The position numbers were made by a program, and so were the translations under genes. A DNA stretch of 43,370 bases from assembly GCA_028276165.1 (NCBI GenBank), contig JAPYWV010000001.1, forward strand, positions 1-43,370, written 5' to 3'. The stretch is from Acidilobaceae archaeon. GTDB taxonomy: Archaea > Thermoproteota > Thermoprotei_A > Sulfolobales > Acidilobaceae. Under the pieces are notes generated by a model. It did no database searches, had not been told where the DNA came from, and was given only the letters and a program-made list of their open reading frames with translations. Below are positions 6,570 through 15,067 of the stretch, one piece after another; positions within the stretch are counted from its first letter, which is position 1; every line of letters starts with the position of its first letter.

Positions 6570-7856
6570 ATGTTCGACTACGTGGTTGTAGGTGCTGGTG
6601 TTATAGGCCTCTCCACAGCCTATCATATTAAGAGGCTCTCTCCTGACTCTAAGATCCTGGTCGTCGATAGAGCTCACGCTCCGGGTGCCGGTGATAGTGG
6701 TAGGAGTGCTGCCGCCTTCAGGGCTTTCTTCACCAACAATGTTAACCTCCTGCTATCTAATTCCAGTATAGAGTTTTATAAGAGTGTTGAGGCTCGTGGC
6801 TACGATCTCGGCTTAAGGTTTGTTGGCTACCTCTTCCTAGCTGATAAGAGGCTTTACAGTGAGCTCCGGGATGGTTTAAGGGAGGCTGAGAGGCTTGGTC
6901 TTGAGTTTAAGGTCTACGAGCCAGGTGTCATAGAGGAGCTCTTGAACGCTAGGGTTAGGGTTGAGGATTTGGAGGAGTCCCAGCTTGTAGGTGCTGGTGA
7001 TATCGTTGAGGGTGTGCATGCGTTGAAAGCTGGTGTCATGGATGCCGGGAAGCTCGTAGAGTACTACTACAAGGCAGGACTCTCAGCCGGTATCTCCTAT
7101 GCTTTCGACACCGAGGTTGAGGGCTTGGTTGTAGAGCCTAGGAGGCCTCTTGGCATTGAGGGTGAACCATTCCCATGGCAGGATCTAAGGGTTTCAGGTG
7201 TTAGGGTTAGAGGTGGACGTGAGATAAGAGCTTCCAGGAAGGTTGTACTAGCAACAGGTGCTTGGACGTGGAGGATCACAGCCAAGGCTGGAGTCGAGAG
7301 CTTCACTAGGCCTAAGAAGAGGCAGGTTTTCTCCATCAAAGCCTCGGGGGAGCAGTTGAGGAGGATACTCTACGCTAGAGGCTTTAACAGCTACAACGTA
7401 GCACCAATGATAATACTGCCTAGGAAGGCCTACATGAGGCCCGTCCCAGAGGAGGGGTCGTTCTGGACCGGTATAAGCGATGACCTGGGGAGGCCCTTCG
7501 AGCTAGAAGACTGGGATCCGAGGCCCGAGCCGGAGTTCTACGTTAGAGGGGTGCTACCAGTAATCTCACTATACTTCCCGCCATTCCAGGAGCGCTACCC
7601 GCACGCAATGTGGGCAGGCTACTACGACTACAGCTTCGACGGCCTCCCGATAATATATGAGCCGTACGAAAGCGACCTAGTAATCTCGTGTGGGACGAGC
7701 GGAAGCGGTATAATGAAGGCCGACGCCATAGGGAGGATAACAGCATCACTAACCCTAGGCCTGGAGGAGGCGGAGCTCTACACAGGGGAAACAATAAAGG
7801 TTAAACTGCTAGGATTAAAAGAGAGGGTAACCGGAGCGGAGAAACTAGTAATATGA
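6570..7856 (+). CDS. FAD-dependent oxidoreductase (DAO / glycine-sarcosine oxidase-like family)
   Basis: MFDYVVVGAGVIGLSTAYH is a Rossmann GxGxxG FAD motif at the N-terminus. The track ORF starts at 6504, but the TATA ACATATAAAAATT (6519-6533) lies inside that extension, so ATG 6570 is the more likely start. Confidence 0.8.
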   Translation: MFDYVVVGAGVIGLSTAYHIKRLSPDSKILVVDRAHAPGAGDSGRSAAAFRAFFTNNVNLLLSNSSIEFYKSVEARGYDLGLRFVGYLFLADKRLYSELRDGLREAERLGLEFKVYEPGVIEELLNARVRVEDLEESQLVGAGDIVEGVHALKAGVMDAGKLVEYYYKAGLSAGISYAFDTEVEGLVVEPRRPLGIEGEPFPWQDLRVSGVRVRGGREIRASRKVVLATGAWTWRITAKAGVESFTRPKKRQVFSIKASGEQLRRILYARGFNSYNVAPMIILPRKAYMRPVPEEGSFWTGISDDLGRPFELEDWDPRPEPEFYVRGVLPVISLYFPPFQERYPHAMWAGYYDYSFDGLPIIYEPYESDLVISCGTSGSGIMKADAIGRITASLTLGLEEAELYTGETIKVKLLGLKERVTGAEKLVI

Positions 7857-7921
7857 CCTAATCTGGGGGAGGGCTAAACCGCGTGTAACGTTAACACTAG
7901 GGCATAAGACTAGGTGAAGAC

Positions 7922-8350
7922 CTAAACCCTAGCCCTCCTATACTCCAACACCTTTAAACCCCTAATCCCGCTAGAGTGCCTAACGTTCCCCGTTACAACC
8001 ATAGCCCCATGCTCTCTTGCAATAACACCGATAAGGACATCCCTTAAATCAACCCTTCATCCGAGGAGCTCAAGATACCCCATATCCTCTCCAGCTTTAA
8101 TCGCCTCCTCACTGGATAAGCTGAGCACCTCTAGGATCTCAGCTAACCTTCTAACATGGCTGATTTTGCCAGCACCTAGCTTAGATGCACCCCATGCAAG
8201 CTCGAAGATGTTGATGGAGGTTGTAGCTAAAGTTACACCCCTACCTTTAAGATCTGCTATTAACTTGATGCTTTCATCTACTCCACGAAGGAAATCGATG
8301 AGAACGTCCGAGTCGAGAACTACTCTTCTCGCAACCTCCACGAACCCCAC
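7922..8350 (-). pseudogene. vapC: PIN-domain (VapC-like) toxin gene interrupted by an in-frame TGA
   Basis: The track ORF 8057..8350 ends ..GYLELLG*(TGA 8057-8059). The same frame continues RVDLRDVLIGVIAREHGAMVVTGNVRHSSGIRGLKVLEY..* to TAG at 7922-7924. This is the canonical PIN C-terminal half (D..lIa..A....a.lvT.N). The N-terminal half has VLDSDVLIDF and ..ELAWG. Confidence 0.75.
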
Positions 8351-8964
8351 GCCTCCCTAATGCTCTTCATAACCCCCTCGATCCTCTCACTCGGGACATC
8401 CTTCCAGGCCCCTGCTAGCTCCATTACTTCCTTTGCCTCCCTCGCAAGCCTGAGTATGACGTCTGAGAAGGTCTCCCCAGGCCTTTTTAACGTTAAGAGT
8501 GTTTCGTAAGCCTCCAGGGTTACCGTTATAGTCTTAACATTCGTAACGCTCACTTCTGTTCTAGCTTGGATTTCTTTTTCAACAAGCTTTATGAGCTCTT
8601 CTAAGCTCAGCCTCTCTATTACAAGGTTCCTCCCATCCCATAAGGTAAACGTAGATGTTTCCCTAATCCTCTTAACGTATCTATACAATGCTGTTTTATC
8701 GCTAAAGCCTAGGTAGTAGCTCAGTTTCTCCAGGGAGACGTTCAGCCTCTCATTTAGGTAAACCACGCAAGCTACCTCCATGACATCCTGCCATACAGGT
8801 CTACCATATCTTTGGAGGGAACCGTACTTCTCAATGATCTTAGAGATCCTAACCCTAACCTCCTCTAACCTCTCGAAACACACCCTGGGAATCACTACCC
8901 CCTCCAACCAAGTCACCTTACCTGAACTCACACCCTCTTCACGGCCATGAACCATAGGCTCCAC
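8320..8964 (-). CDS. vapB: VapB-type antitoxin domain (DUF217-like) fused to a ~135-aa N-terminal HTH-like region
   Basis: The C-terminal 75 aa, KTITVTLEAYETLLTLKRPGETFSDVILRLA...LAGAWKD..., match the archaeal VapB/DUF217 pattern. The N-terminal GRPVWQDVMEVACVVYLNERLNVSLEKLSYYLGFSDKTALYRYVKRI looks like an HTH. An internal GTG at 8553 would give a stand-alone 77-aa VapB. The 3' end overlaps vapC by 31 nt. Confidence 0.65.
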   Translation of the reverse strand: MEPMVHGREEGVSSGKVTWLEGVVIPRVCFERLEEVRVRISKIIEKYGSLQRYGRPVWQDVMEVACVVYLNERLNVSLEKLSYYLGFSDKTALYRYVKRIRETSTFTLWDGRNLVIERLSLEELIKLVEKEIQARTEVSVTNVKTITVTLEAYETLLTLKRPGETFSDVILRLAREAKEVMELAGAWKDVPSERIEGVMKSIREAWGSWRLREE

Positions 8965-9187
8965 CAGAAGGCTCTAACCGAAGTTTATGAGGGGGGTTAA
9001 TAAGCTATAAACGTTCTTAGCTAGGTCTCTCAGAGCTCTACGTAGGAAAGGGTTACTTGAAGAACCTCTTTGACATTAACACCCTCATGCTTCCAGCCTA
9101 GGATCCCCCCAGGCGTTTAGTTAGGATCTTCTGGAGCACTTAGCAATACCGTTAACTGCCATCAGTAAGCTTGGGAGGCCTTAGGTC

Positions 9188-10102
9188 TCAAGGGAACCAT
9201 GTCCAGCCCTTTGGTTCCACCCTTCTTCCTTTGAAGTACACGCCCTCCCCCACTTCGACCCTCCCGGCTACATGGCATTCTACGCCCTCTCTCCTACAGT
9301 AGCCTAGTAGGCATTCGAGGTTGTCTTCTGGTATTGTTACTGCTATGTTGTAGTCTTCCCAGCTTTCTAGAAGCTCCTCCTCTGCTAGTCCTAGCTCCTG
9401 TACCAACCTTACAGCCTCTCTTACCACGTGGATCTCCTCAACAACAACCTTAACCTTGCTGGCTTCCGAGAGCTGGTGTAGTGTTGCAGCCCACCCATCG
9501 CTATTATCTATCGCTGCTGTAGCATTACACTCTGATATTCTCAAGCCAACCCCGAGGTTCACCCTAGGTCTCCTTGTAAACTCCATGGCTTCAGGGTACT
9601 CCCTTATATCCACTAGCCCTTTCAGGGCCATGGAGGCTATGAGGCCGTAACCTAGAGGCCCCACCTGTACCAGGATATCCCCTGGTCTAGCACCGGATCT
9701 CGGTATAGGCTTTAAGGTAACCCCTATGACGGCCACGTCGATCCAAGTGTCATGAGCACTCCTATTAGTATCGGCCTTTAACACCCTAACGTTAGCCCAC
9801 CTACACGCCTCCCCAACACCTCTAGCAACCTCTAACACCACATCCCTTGAGGGTGCCCCCACGCTGTAGAGGACTGCTAGAGGCCTACCACCGCCAGCTA
9901 TGACATCGGACATCGAGGCTACCACAGCCTTCCAACCCCAATCACTCCAGCTCATCCATGGTAGTCTTGAGCTTGAAGCCTCATAGCCGTCAATGTTGAC
10001 CACAAAGCCCCCTAGGGGTGGGGAGTCGAAGTCGAAAAGTTCTAGGGAACCTGCTAGCCTTGACAGCTCTCTTAGGAGCTCAAGCCACCCTCTAAAAGAC
10101 AA
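9188..10102 (-). CDS. thiL: AIR-synthase-related protein, probable thiamine-monophosphate kinase
   Basis: 304 aa. VVNIDGY...WGWKAVVASMSDVIAGGGRPLAVLYSVGAP and RSGARPGDILVQVGPLGYG fit the PurM/ThiL superfamily pattern. TTG start. Confidence 0.6.
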   Translation of the reverse strand: MSFRGWLELLRELSRLAGSLELFDFDSPPLGGFVVNIDGYEASSSRLPWMSWSDWGWKAVVASMSDVIAGGGRPLAVLYSVGAPSRDVVLEVARGVGEACRWANVRVLKADTNRSAHDTWIDVAVIGVTLKPIPRSGARPGDILVQVGPLGYGLIASMALKGLVDIREYPEAMEFTRRPRVNLGVGLRISECNATAAIDNSDGWAATLHQLSEASKVKVVVEEIHVVREAVRLVQELGLAEEELLESWEDYNIAVTIPEDNLECLLGYCRREGVECHVAGRVEVGEGVYFKGRRVEPKGWTWFP

Positions 10103-10182
10103 TGTAGCTAGCCCATCTCCAGATGTTTAGCTCAACCCTATTATAAGCTCTCCCGCTCAAACCCACCGGTGGTGTCAGCCGC

Positions 10183-11202
10183 TTGGACGACCCCATCATA
10201 GACTTCCACACCCACCTACCATGGAGGCCTAGGGATCCTCTTGAAGCCTCCAGGGCCCTCCTGGAGGCCATGGACCATGCCGGGGTTACCCTAGCTGTTA
10301 CTATAAACGTTGAGTTCGCTGTAAGAACTTTCCTCGAAAACGTTAGCTCACGTAGGATCGTCGAGGCGGCAGCCGAAGCCCTAGACTACCTTATAGTAGC
10401 TAGGATACCATACATACACAAGATGGTAATGGAGCCTGAGTGGGCTGTAGAAGAGCATGTTAGGTTTATGAGGGAAAACCATAGGGATAACGTTGACTTC
10501 GTTAGGGTAGCTAGCACCGGTAGGCTCATACCCGTGGCTAGCTTCAACCCGGATTTAAGCATAAGAGAGAACCTTGATAGGTTGAAGGCTCTTGGTGACA
10601 GGGTGCTAGGTGTTAAGGTGTTCCCAACACTCCACTTCACGAGACCGGATAGCGAGAAGCTTAAACCAGTATACGACTACATAGCTGGTATGAACGGTGT
10701 AGTGGTAGTCCATACAGGGTGCGACCCGGGCATCTGGGAGCTTCCATCATTCTGCTCTAACGCTAGACCATCATATGTAGCTAGGGCTGCGAGGGAGAAC
10801 AAGGATGTAAGGTTCATAGTAGCACACCTGGGAGCATATAGCGCCTTAAACCCAGGCATATTCTTCAGGGAAGCCCTGGAAGCCCTAACACTTGATAACG
10901 TGTACGCCGACACATCAGCTGTAGACCCATACTTTGTTAGAAGAGCTGTAGAGGAGGTAGGCTACGATAAGATACTCTTTGGAAGCGACTACCCGATGGT
11001 ACAGGGGCTTGATATAGCCTCAGCTCTAGAGGATATAATGATGTTAGATATACCGTGGAAGGCTAAGAGAGCGATGATAACGGATAATCCTTTAAAGCTA
11101 CTTAGAACATGGCATGGATGGGAGAGGGTGGGAGCTCTAAAGCTGAGAGATGTTACGGGATACGCTAGAGATAGGGTTCACCTAGGAGACCCCACAGGTT
11201 AG
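10183..11202 (+). CDS. metal-dependent amidohydrolase (TIM-barrel, amidohydrolase_2-like)
   Basis: 339 aa. N-terminal IIDFHTHLP metal-binding motif, later VVVHTG, FIVAHLG and ILFGSDYP. TTG start with TATA CTATTATAAG ~35 nt upstream. Confidence 0.75.
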   Translation: MDDPIIDFHTHLPWRPRDPLEASRALLEAMDHAGVTLAVTINVEFAVRTFLENVSSRRIVEAAAEALDYLIVARIPYIHKMVMEPEWAVEEHVRFMRENHRDNVDFVRVASTGRLIPVASFNPDLSIRENLDRLKALGDRVLGVKVFPTLHFTRPDSEKLKPVYDYIAGMNGVVVVHTGCDPGIWELPSFCSNARPSYVARAARENKDVRFIVAHLGAYSALNPGIFFREALEALTLDNVYADTSAVDPYFVRRAVEEVGYDKILFGSDYPMVQGLDIASALEDIMMLDIPWKAKRAMITDNPLKLLRTWHGWERVGALKLRDVTGYARDRVHLGDPTG

Positions 11203-11771
11203 GGTTTAACGCCCGTATAACCCCTATACTCCAGCCACGGCTTATAGCAGATGTTGTACCACAAGCTCCTGTAGTCCAGCCTCCTAAGCTTCAGTAGGAG
11301 GCTTCTACTATAGGGTTTAATCATGATCACATCGTCATCGTACATACACGCTATAGCTTCGAGAACCTCAACGACATCGTACCCCAGCTCCCTCTCAGCA
11401 GTACTCCACCCTAGAACCCTATAACCTAGACTCTCGAAAAGCCTCTGAGATCTAATGTTATCCCCAGTCGTAGATGCTATGTAGACCTTTGAGCCTTCAC
11501 CCTCCAGGAGCTCCTCCAGAGATGTAACAAGCACTTTACCGAGACCTAAACCCCTATACCCTCTCCTAACGTAGACATAGTAGATGACACCCACCGTCAA
11601 CATAGGGCCTACGACGGTGTAACCCACAGCTGATCCAGCATCGATACCATTGACTTTCACGACTACACCCGAACCACCATTCTCTACAGCTGCTTTCACG
11701 AAAACCTGGTGGTATCTGGAGAGCTCCTCTGACATGAGCTTCAGGGCCGAGACTTCATCCTCGTACACCAC
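11199..11771 (-). CDS. GNAT-family N-acetyltransferase
   Basis: 190 aa with the acetyl-CoA motif VYVRRGYRGLGLGKVLV. Its stop overlaps the amidohydrolase stop by 4 nt (convergent). Confidence 0.75.
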   Translation of the reverse strand: MVYEDEVSALKLMSEELSRYHQVFVKAAVENGGSGVVVKVNGIDAGSAVGYTVVGPMLTVGVIYYVYVRRGYRGLGLGKVLVTSLEELLEGEGSKVYIASTTGDNIRSQRLFESLGYRVLGWSTAERELGYDVVEVLEAIACMYDDDVIMIKPYSRSLLLKLRRLDYRSLWYNICYKPWLEYRGYTGVKP

Positions 11772-11816
11772 TATTCCATATGTGGTAACCCCCTTAGATG
11801 TCTAACGTTAGCCCCC

Positions 11817-12083
11817 CTACTGTTGCTTCATCTTCTCCATAACATACTTCTTGTATATGACCCTCCACATCGTGGGCTCGATGTCGAGTAGCCATGCTGG
11901 TATCTTCTTCACCAGCTCGTAGGCCTCCTCCCAGCTCTCAAGACCTAGGGCTGCTGCCAGCTGCTCCAAGGTCATCTCAGTCCTCTTATACCTCCGTAGT
12001 ATCCTTAAAGTCTCCTCGTTAATCTCAACCTCCTTATCCCCAACTTTTACGACGAACCTCTCCTCACTACCCAAAGGGTACAC
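11817..12083 (-). CDS. hypothetical protein (88 aa)
   Basis: Clean ORF with protein-like composition, upstream of the GNAT gene on the same strand. No family recognised. Confidence 0.45.
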   Translation of the reverse strand: MYPLGSEERFVVKVGDKEVEINEETLRILRRYKRTEMTLEQLAAALGLESWEEAYELVKKIPAWLLDIEPTMWRVIYKKYVMEKMKQQ

Positions 12084-12154
12084 CCTAGCCCAAGACCTAG
12101 GCTGTGGCTACAGCTTAAAAGGTCTAAAGGCAACAATCCTGGGGGGTGTAATGG

Positions 12155-12382
12155 TTGCCCGTGGAGATAACAGATCTAAATGTGTTCGCGGAAATAGCTA
12201 GAAGGGCTATAGAGTGTAGGATTAAGAGGGGGAAGGGCAACATAGTTAAGGTTAAGGCTAGAACCAAGAGGTACCTCTACACCTACAAGACAACAGAAGA
12301 TCAGCTACAGGATGTTCTAAACAAGATACAGTGTAAAAACGTGGTAGACGTGGATAAGAAGGTCAAGTCTCAGAAGACGTAG
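12155..12382 (+). CDS. rpl38e: 50S ribosomal protein eL38 (L38e)
   Basis: 75 aa. PVEITDLNVFAEIARRA...VKVKARTKRYLYTYKT parallels eukaryotic L38 (..IEEIKDFLLTARRKDAK..VKFKVRCSRYLYTLV..). TTG start preceded by GGGGGGTG. TATA GCTTAAAAGG ~35 nt upstream. Confidence 0.8.
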   Translation: MPVEITDLNVFAEIARRAIECRIKRGKGNIVKVKARTKRYLYTYKTTEDQLQDVLNKIQCKNVVDVDKKVKSQKT

Positions 12383-12566
12383 AGAAGAAGGAGTTCAACG
12401 AAACCAGCCAATTCGAGCTCTAGAAGACCCCCAAAAACTCCGGCTACACCTCAGCTCCTACTCTCAGCCGAACCACACACCCTATACTAACTGGTAGATC
12501 GATCTCTAGCACATCCCATCCCTATAAAGGTTTCATTTAACCGCTACTACTGTATAGTGTTGCGGG

Positions 12567-13823
12567 TTGGCTAGGGTTAAGGTTCTTGGTAGTGGTAGGG
12601 AGGTTGGTAGGGCTGCTATCCTTGTTGAGGGTAGTGGTGGTTCTCTCCTTATGGATTACGGTGTTAACTTCGATGAGAGGGATAACCCTATATTCCCTGA
12701 GCATGTTAGGCCTCGTGACCTAAGTGGTGTTGTCCTAACCCATAGCCACCTCGATCACGTTGGCGCAGCACCCATGCTCTATACAAGTGTTAAGCCTAGG
12801 CTTTACGCTACACCCCTAACACTGGATGTTACGAGGCTACTGTTATACGATATGATTAAGATTAGTGGTGCCAGCCTCCCCTTCGATGAGAGCGTCGTTG
12901 ATGACATGATTTCATCGGCCACAGCTATAGGCTACAATGAGGAGGTTGACCTGGGTGGTTTGAGGTTTAAACTCCTCTACTCAGGCCACATCCCAGGATC
13001 CGCTAGCGTTCTGGTCGAAGTTGATGGGAGGACTGTGCTTTACACAAGCGATGTTAACGTTATAGAGACTAAGCTTATGGGCCCAGCTATGCTAGATGGG
13101 CTGAGCGTAGACCTGGTCATAGTTGAGTCGACGTACGGCTCAACAAACCACCCCCCAAGGCAGCTTGTCGAGGATAGGTTCTATGAGAGTTTAAGGGAGG
13201 TTGTCGAGTCAGGTGGTGTAGCCTTAGTTCCAGTGTTTAGCGTGAGTAGGGGCCAGGAGGTTCTATGCATTCTAGCCGAGAGGGATCCTCCGTGGCAGGT
13301 TTGGGTTGACGGTATGGTTAAGGATGTTGCGGGGCTCTACCTAAAACACTCGGGGTACATAAGACTCTACGGGCTCCTAGCGAAGGCCGTGAGGGAGTAC
13401 AACATAGTTAGAGGATGGCAGGATAGGAGGGTGGCCTACAGGGAGCCTGGAGTCATAGTGGCTAGCTCTGGCATGCTAAAGGGGGGTCCGAGCCTATATT
13501 ATCTGAAGAGGATAGCTGAGAACCCGAAAAACGCAGTATTCCTAGTAAGCTTCCAGGGGAGAGGAACGCCTGGGAGGCAGATACTAGAAACGGGGCTAGC
13601 CCTAGCAGAGGAGATACCGGTAAGAGCTAGGGTGGAGTGGTTCGACCTATCAAGCCACATAGACCAAAACGGGGTCATAAGGCTACTTAAGAACATGAAG
13701 GCAGACAGGGTAGCCCTAGTACATGGGACACCAAGAGCACAGGAAGCACTAGCAAAGAGGATCAAGGAAGAGCTAGGACTACAGGTGGAGATACCAGCAG
13801 TAGGAGACACGATAGAACTCTGA
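12567..13823 (+). CDS. beta-CASP / metallo-beta-lactamase-fold ribonuclease (aCPSF2-type, no KH domains)
   Basis: 418 aa. MARVKVLGSGREVGRAA, the HSHLDHVGA (HxHxDH) motif and a C-terminal ..VALVHG.. beta-CASP motif. TTG start. TATA CCCTATAAAGG at ~12520. Confidence 0.8.
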   Translation: MARVKVLGSGREVGRAAILVEGSGGSLLMDYGVNFDERDNPIFPEHVRPRDLSGVVLTHSHLDHVGAAPMLYTSVKPRLYATPLTLDVTRLLLYDMIKISGASLPFDESVVDDMISSATAIGYNEEVDLGGLRFKLLYSGHIPGSASVLVEVDGRTVLYTSDVNVIETKLMGPAMLDGLSVDLVIVESTYGSTNHPPRQLVEDRFYESLREVVESGGVALVPVFSVSRGQEVLCILAERDPPWQVWVDGMVKDVAGLYLKHSGYIRLYGLLAKAVREYNIVRGWQDRRVAYREPGVIVASSGMLKGGPSLYYLKRIAENPKNAVFLVSFQGRGTPGRQILETGLALAEEIPVRARVEWFDLSSHIDQNGVIRLLKNMKADRVALVHGTPRAQEALAKRIKEELGLQVEIPAVGDTIEL

Positions 13824-13904
13824 AACAACATCAACCCCGATGCCTCAAGGCTCAAAAAGGCTTCTAAACCGAATAGGCTGAAATCACTGTTACAACCTTA
13901 TAGC

Positions 13905-14590
13905 TTAAACCGAATCCTTAGCTAAGGCCACTAGACCGTACATAACTACCAGCATTACAAGATCTAAGTCTAGGCTTGGGTTATCCTTTACAATTCCTAT
14001 CGTGTGGCCACACCTAGAGCATGTCCTATAGGTGATCTCACCCACTATGCTATACTCAAAGGCATCCCTCCCTCTCACACTACAAGAGGGGCATTTGAAG
14101 TGCTCGTAGGACTCCATGAAGCCACACATGCACCTAAGGTATAGAACGTCTCTTGAGAAAATCTCGCCTCCCTCCTCACTATAGCTAGGATTGGTATGGA
14201 ACCGCATACAGGGCATCTCCCGTTAACCCACTGTAGCCTTAAACTCTTACCTCTAACAGCCTCATAAAGGGCTCTCTTGAAAAGCATCGATACCAGAGCC
14301 CTCTCCCCCTCCAGGGAACCCTCCATGACATCACGTACGCTAACATAACCTACATCGAGCTCATGCCTTCTAAAGATATCCTTAACAATCTCTAGAACAC
14401 CCTCCAACCCTCCCCTAACACCACCTGCGAGAAGAGGTAGCCTGCTAGGATCCACATCGAGATCAGGCAACCTAAGCCCCTTAACATCATCGAGTAGCTC
14501 TACGAACACCCTCAACACCTCCTCCAACTCACTCCTACAATCCTCTGTTGAGCACAAGAGATCAACATAACCTCGGTAATCCAAAACCAC
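13905..14590 (-). pseudogene. fdhE: FdhE-like (4x CxxC) protein gene with a frameshift
   Basis: ORF 14075..14590 ends its homologous part at ..WVNGRCPVCGSIPILAIV. The -1 frame ORF 13905..14216 continues EEGGEIFSRDVLYLRCMCG..FKCPSC..TCSRCGH. Together they rebuild the FdhE rubredoxin-like CxxC array. The frame switch lies in the purine run at ~14161-14180. Confidence 0.65.
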
Positions 14591-14618
14591 ATTCCCTAGA
14601 TTAAAGTTGTATTGTTAC

Positions 14619-14635
14619 TAAGATTATTAATCTTA
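14619..14635. promoter_or_regulatory. 8+1+8 palindrome TAAGATTA-T-TAATCTTA flanked by direct GTTAC repeats in an A/T-rich island
   Basis: Lies 30-45 nt upstream of the fdhE-like GTG (14590) within the unusually A/T-rich stretch at ~14595-14700. Confidence 0.35.
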
Positions 14636-14993
14636 ATGTTACTAATACTCTAATTCGAAGCCAAATGCTCAGCTATCCTAAATCAGTTGTTGTTAATCCT
14701 AGAGCTGAGAAGCTTGAGATTAAGCCTAGGGATTTCGTTGAAATATTCACAGCAAGGGGCATGATAAGTGTATAGGTTGTAAAGCGTGCCAGATGGTATG
14801 CTAGGAGTGGAATGGTAGGAAGGTTCTTAACACGTCTCTCAGCCCTACCTTCACAAACCCGCAGGACCTCCAGCTGATGTCTGGAAGGTTGAGGTCCTCC
14901 CGAATCCCCTACAAGCAAGACGTTTAAGTTCGCTGAGGCAGAGGTTACTATAAACACTATGGAGGTAGTCCCGGTATCCTACAACTGCCTCCA

Positions 14994-15067
14994 CCATAGG
15001 TGTGGATGAAGCTGGTGAACTCACACCAAGCCCAACCTCGCTACGGAATTTCCGTTAGCGGGGAAAC
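14994..15067 (+). repeat. two-hairpin module, copy C (inverted paralog of 3551-3627)
   Basis: 63/77 identity with copy A. Both hairpins are retained (GGUGUGG/UCACACC and CCUCGCUA/UAGCGGGG). The loop words UGAAGC..GUGAAC are conserved. Confidence 0.7.

Noticed and set aside
12497-12506. 10-bp perfect palindrome AGATCGATCT ~15 nt upstream of the TATA box of the beta-CASP RNase gene. Also short dyads in the 37162-37282 spacer (AAACAG..CTGTTT and direct CTATTAA repeats).
   Set aside because: These are short enough to arise by chance, and there is no second copy or associated regulator gene. They are noted as possible operators but not strong enough to report as findings.
14673-14957. Track ORF 14673..14957(-), 94 aa, in the region between the fdhE-like gene and tRNA-Phe.
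   Set aside because: It has no start-proximal promoter or motif support and an odd composition. It lies antisense to the presumed fdhD wreckage and is most likely a chance ORF.
3555-15067. Reading AGCGGGGAAACG / TAGTGGGGAAACG (and TAGTGGAAAC at 6393-6402) as ORB-like Orc1/Cdc6 origin-recognition boxes, with the A/T-rich 14595-14700 stretch as a DNA-unwinding element.
   Set aside because: The resemblance to the recalled ORB core (..TCCAGTGGAAAC..GGGG) is limited to GGAAAC(G). The characteristic TCCA/TGGA dyad is missing. There is no orc1/cdc6 or whiP gene in the window. The sites are kilobases apart rather than flanking one A/T-rich element. The idea is kept only as a low-probability alternative.
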